Shown here: positions 61,126-64,000 of the stretch, piece by piece
How positions within the stretch are numbered: the stretch's first letter is position 1
Layout: each line of letters opens with the position of its first letter
NCBI RefSeq assembly: GCF_035594765.1
Contig: NC_085842.1
Coordinates: 4,339,256 to 4,403,255 of the forward strand
Direction of reading: 5' to 3'
Origin: Anolis carolinensis
Lineage: Eukaryota
DNA length: 64,000 nt
The notes under the pieces: generated by a model
Told to the model about the DNA's origin: nothing
The model's input: only the letters and a program-made list of their open reading frames with translations
The model's database searches: none
Position numbers and translations under genes: made by a program

Positions 61126-61619
61126 CTTGTATGTAACACGGGAACTCCCTGTATTTAGTTTCAGGTTCTTATATTATTACTGTGCAAAAGGAATTGACCA
61201 TAGATAATAGGATAATAAGGAGGGATCATGGAAAAGCCTATTAAACGTCAAATGACATTATGATTTTACAAATTAAGCTCCAAAAACATCATGTTTTACA
61301 ACAAATCGACAGAAAAAGCAGTCCAAAACACAGTAACGTTATGTAGTAATTACTATATTTATGAATTTAGCACCGAAACATCGCAATATATTGAAAACAT
61401 TGACTACAAAAACATTGGCTACTAACAAATTGACTACAAATAAAGATAGAATTGGATAAAATAAACTTACAGCAGCAACATTGTTGCAAATTAAATCCAT
61501 AAAAAGTTCAATCTTTGCTGCCTAGAGAAACAGCTGTGGACCAGGGCGAGAGGCAAATTGCGTTGGATAATCCAGAACATTGGATAAACAAATGTTGGAT
61601 AAGTGAGACTCTAACTGTA

Positions 61620-62519
61620 CCTCATTTCCTTTTTAAATAATCAAACTTAGGAGAGTACGACAGCCATTTCATTCCTGACTAAATTTCCAGTCAGCCTCTT
61701 TCTCCCTCTCCAGAGTAAAAGTGGCAGTTAAAGTCCATTGGCCTCAGTGCCAGGCAGGAAGCGACAGCCAATCGAAATCCTGGCCTGGCTAACCCTAACT
61801 GGCTGAGCCAGCCAATCAGCTGTTGCCACAACTTCTTTCCAGTTCACTCGCTTTAACATGGAGTCTCTTTTATAATCCCTCACATGGAGGAGGTCCTAAG
61901 GTTGAAAGTAGTATTGAACTACCACCTATTTACCATCACCCTGTTTGAAGTTGCACTGTCTGAGTTGCACTTCTCTAGATTATACTCCGGCCAGATCTCC
62001 GCCGGCACTTTAGGAGTCTCTGATGTCCAGTAACATTCCAAGATGTCCTGACAACCATAGGCCCAACAATTGTTGTTATAGTGAAAAATGTAAAAAATGT
62101 TTGTTAATGTGGGATTTGTGTATTGATAGTGTTTAAATGCAATTTGTGCCATGCTTGTATTGCAACTGATTGCACCATCCAGAATGTACCATAGTGTGGA
62201 AAGAGTTTATTGCCAAGAAGCTATGATGACCTTGATGTGTGGCTGGAACTAGGGAGTATCCAGACACAAGTGTTTGTGCATAACGATTGCATCTGTTCAG
62301 TTCTGTTCAGTTGAGTTCTGTCTGCCTAGAGTTCGAGTCAAGTTCTGTTGGAGAACAGAGCAGTCCTGTGTTCGTCTGTCGTCTGCAAGTCTGTTTGTGT
62401 TGATTATTGCTGCATACAGTAAAACTTTGTAAATAGTTTTACCAACGTCTCTGAGTGTCTCTTCGTTCTGCGTTCTACTGCTTCCATCCAACTACTGCTG
62501 CGCTGCAAATACTCTGACA
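61620..62519 (+). mobile_element. LTR-like unique segment
   Basis: Two CCAAT boxes, a TATA-like tataat, agtaaa and an ..ctgaca end. Left terminus and TSD are not resolved. Confidence 0.3.
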
Positions 62520-62968
62520 ATGTTGGTGTCAATAAAAGGCCATGGTGTAAAGTGCTGATATAGTATTGGCCTTGGAGATTATACTGAAGGGACCATAAGC
62601 CAGAAAATAGTAAACTTTTGCCTATATGGCTTTGCCTGTGCATATGCCCCTCCCTTCCTGTGAGCTGGTGCCTTTCTCCAGGAAGTTCCAAAGGGAGAAG
62701 AAAGCTCAGAGTAAACAAGTGAGGTCATTGGTATCACTTGTGCCAAGTGGGTGTGGAAGGTGAGGAAGACCCTCAGCCATTGGTCAATTTTAGATAAGCC
62801 AAAGGTACTGTATATACTCGAGTATAAGCCTAGTTTTTCAGCCCTTTTTTAGGGCTGAAAAAGCTCCCCTCGGCTTATACTCAAGTGAGGGTCCTGGCTG
62901 GCTTATGTTTGGGTCGGCTTATACTCAAGTATATGGGTAATCAGACCTAGTCTTATCTTATTAAAGTC

Positions 62969-63008
<40 letters not shown>

Positions 63009-64000
63009 CATTATAAATTACAATTTTATGTAAACATTCAAAAACATTTAACCTACTGATGACTCAAATAATGTACTGTATATACTCGAGTATAAGCCTA
63101 GTTTTTCAGCCCTTTTTTTAAGACTGAAAAAGCCCCTCTCGGCTTATAGTCGGGTGAGGGTCCTGGTTGGCTTATATTTGGGTCAGCTTATACTCGAGAA
63201 TATATGGTACATTTATTATTTTTCTCTATTATTATTATTGGTATTACAGTAGAGTCTCACTTATCTAAGCCTCGCTTATCCAAGCCTCTGGATTATCCAA
63301 ACCATTTTTGTAGTCAATGTTTTCAATATATCATATTTTGGTGCTAAATTTGTAAATACAGTAATTACAACATAATATTACTGCCCATTGAACTACTTTT
63401 TCTGTCAAATTTGTTGTATAACATGATGTTTTGGTGCTTAATTTATAAAATCATAACCTAATTTGATGTTTAATCAAATTAATCCCTCCTTATTATTCAA
63501 GATATTCGCTTATCCAAGCTTCTGCCGGCCCGTTTAGCTTGGATAAGTGAGACTCTACTGTACTACATTTATTATTTTTATATCTATTCTTGCTGCTACA
63601 ATTACATTTATTTTACGCTATTTTTAATATTATTAATACATTTATTATTTCACTCTGATCTTATTATTATTATTATTGCATTTATTATTTTACTCTATTA
63701 TTACATGTATTATTTTCCTGTATTTATTATTATTACATGTATTATTTTACTCTATTAATATTATTATTATTAAAAGGATAGTAAAAGGATACGTAAGCAC
63801 ATTTACACTGAAGAAGATGAGAAGAATGATTTAATCAGTTGGACAATCCTATCTTAAATTAGAGCTTTATGTAAATATTCAAAAACATTGAACCTATTGA
63901 TGCCTCAATTAATGTAATTTTATTGGCATCTATTTTTATTTCTGAAATTTACCACCCTCGGCTTATACTGGAGTCAATGTTTTCCCAGTTTTTTTGTGGT

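Noticed and set aside
61790-61800. Telomere-like aaccctaac
   Set aside because: Fewer than two repeats; chance occurrence.

Overview
Eukaryotic, repeat-rich vertebrate DNA, almost certainly a squamate reptile. The mix of Sauria SINEs, CR1, R4/Dong, Vingi, Penelope, SPIN/OC1-type hATs, Helitrons and Tc1/mariner MITEs fits Anolis carolinensis; this rests on recognition, not a database search. The window is part of a C2H2 zinc-finger gene cluster. ZNF-A (minus) has 11 fingers and a four-coding-exon model of 503 aa at 22377..9792. ZNF-B (plus) has 3 fingers and a 221-aa model at 31894..36538. ZNF-C (minus) has a 19-finger open array at 46860..45193. The 5' end of a probable fourth gene lies at the left edge. 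Main observations: (1) no intact KRAB or SCAN domain is visible in any of the three genes, and ZNF-A keeps a KRAB-A-derived exon whose first half is now read in a different frame; (2) a promoter layout (ZNF143-like motif, ETS-CRE, first exon, NF-Y/ATTTG(A/C)AT/NF-Y/RFX module) is shared between positions 1-420 and the CpG island at 27.5-28.6 kb, where the module is amplified five times; (3) the remainder is nested transposons, including Helitrons with variable cargo, a Helitron-end tandem array, local inverted duplications, solo LTRs and Penelope hammerhead motifs. Most entries in the ORF track are repeat-derived or spurious. There is a 270-nt assembly gap at 55515-55784.
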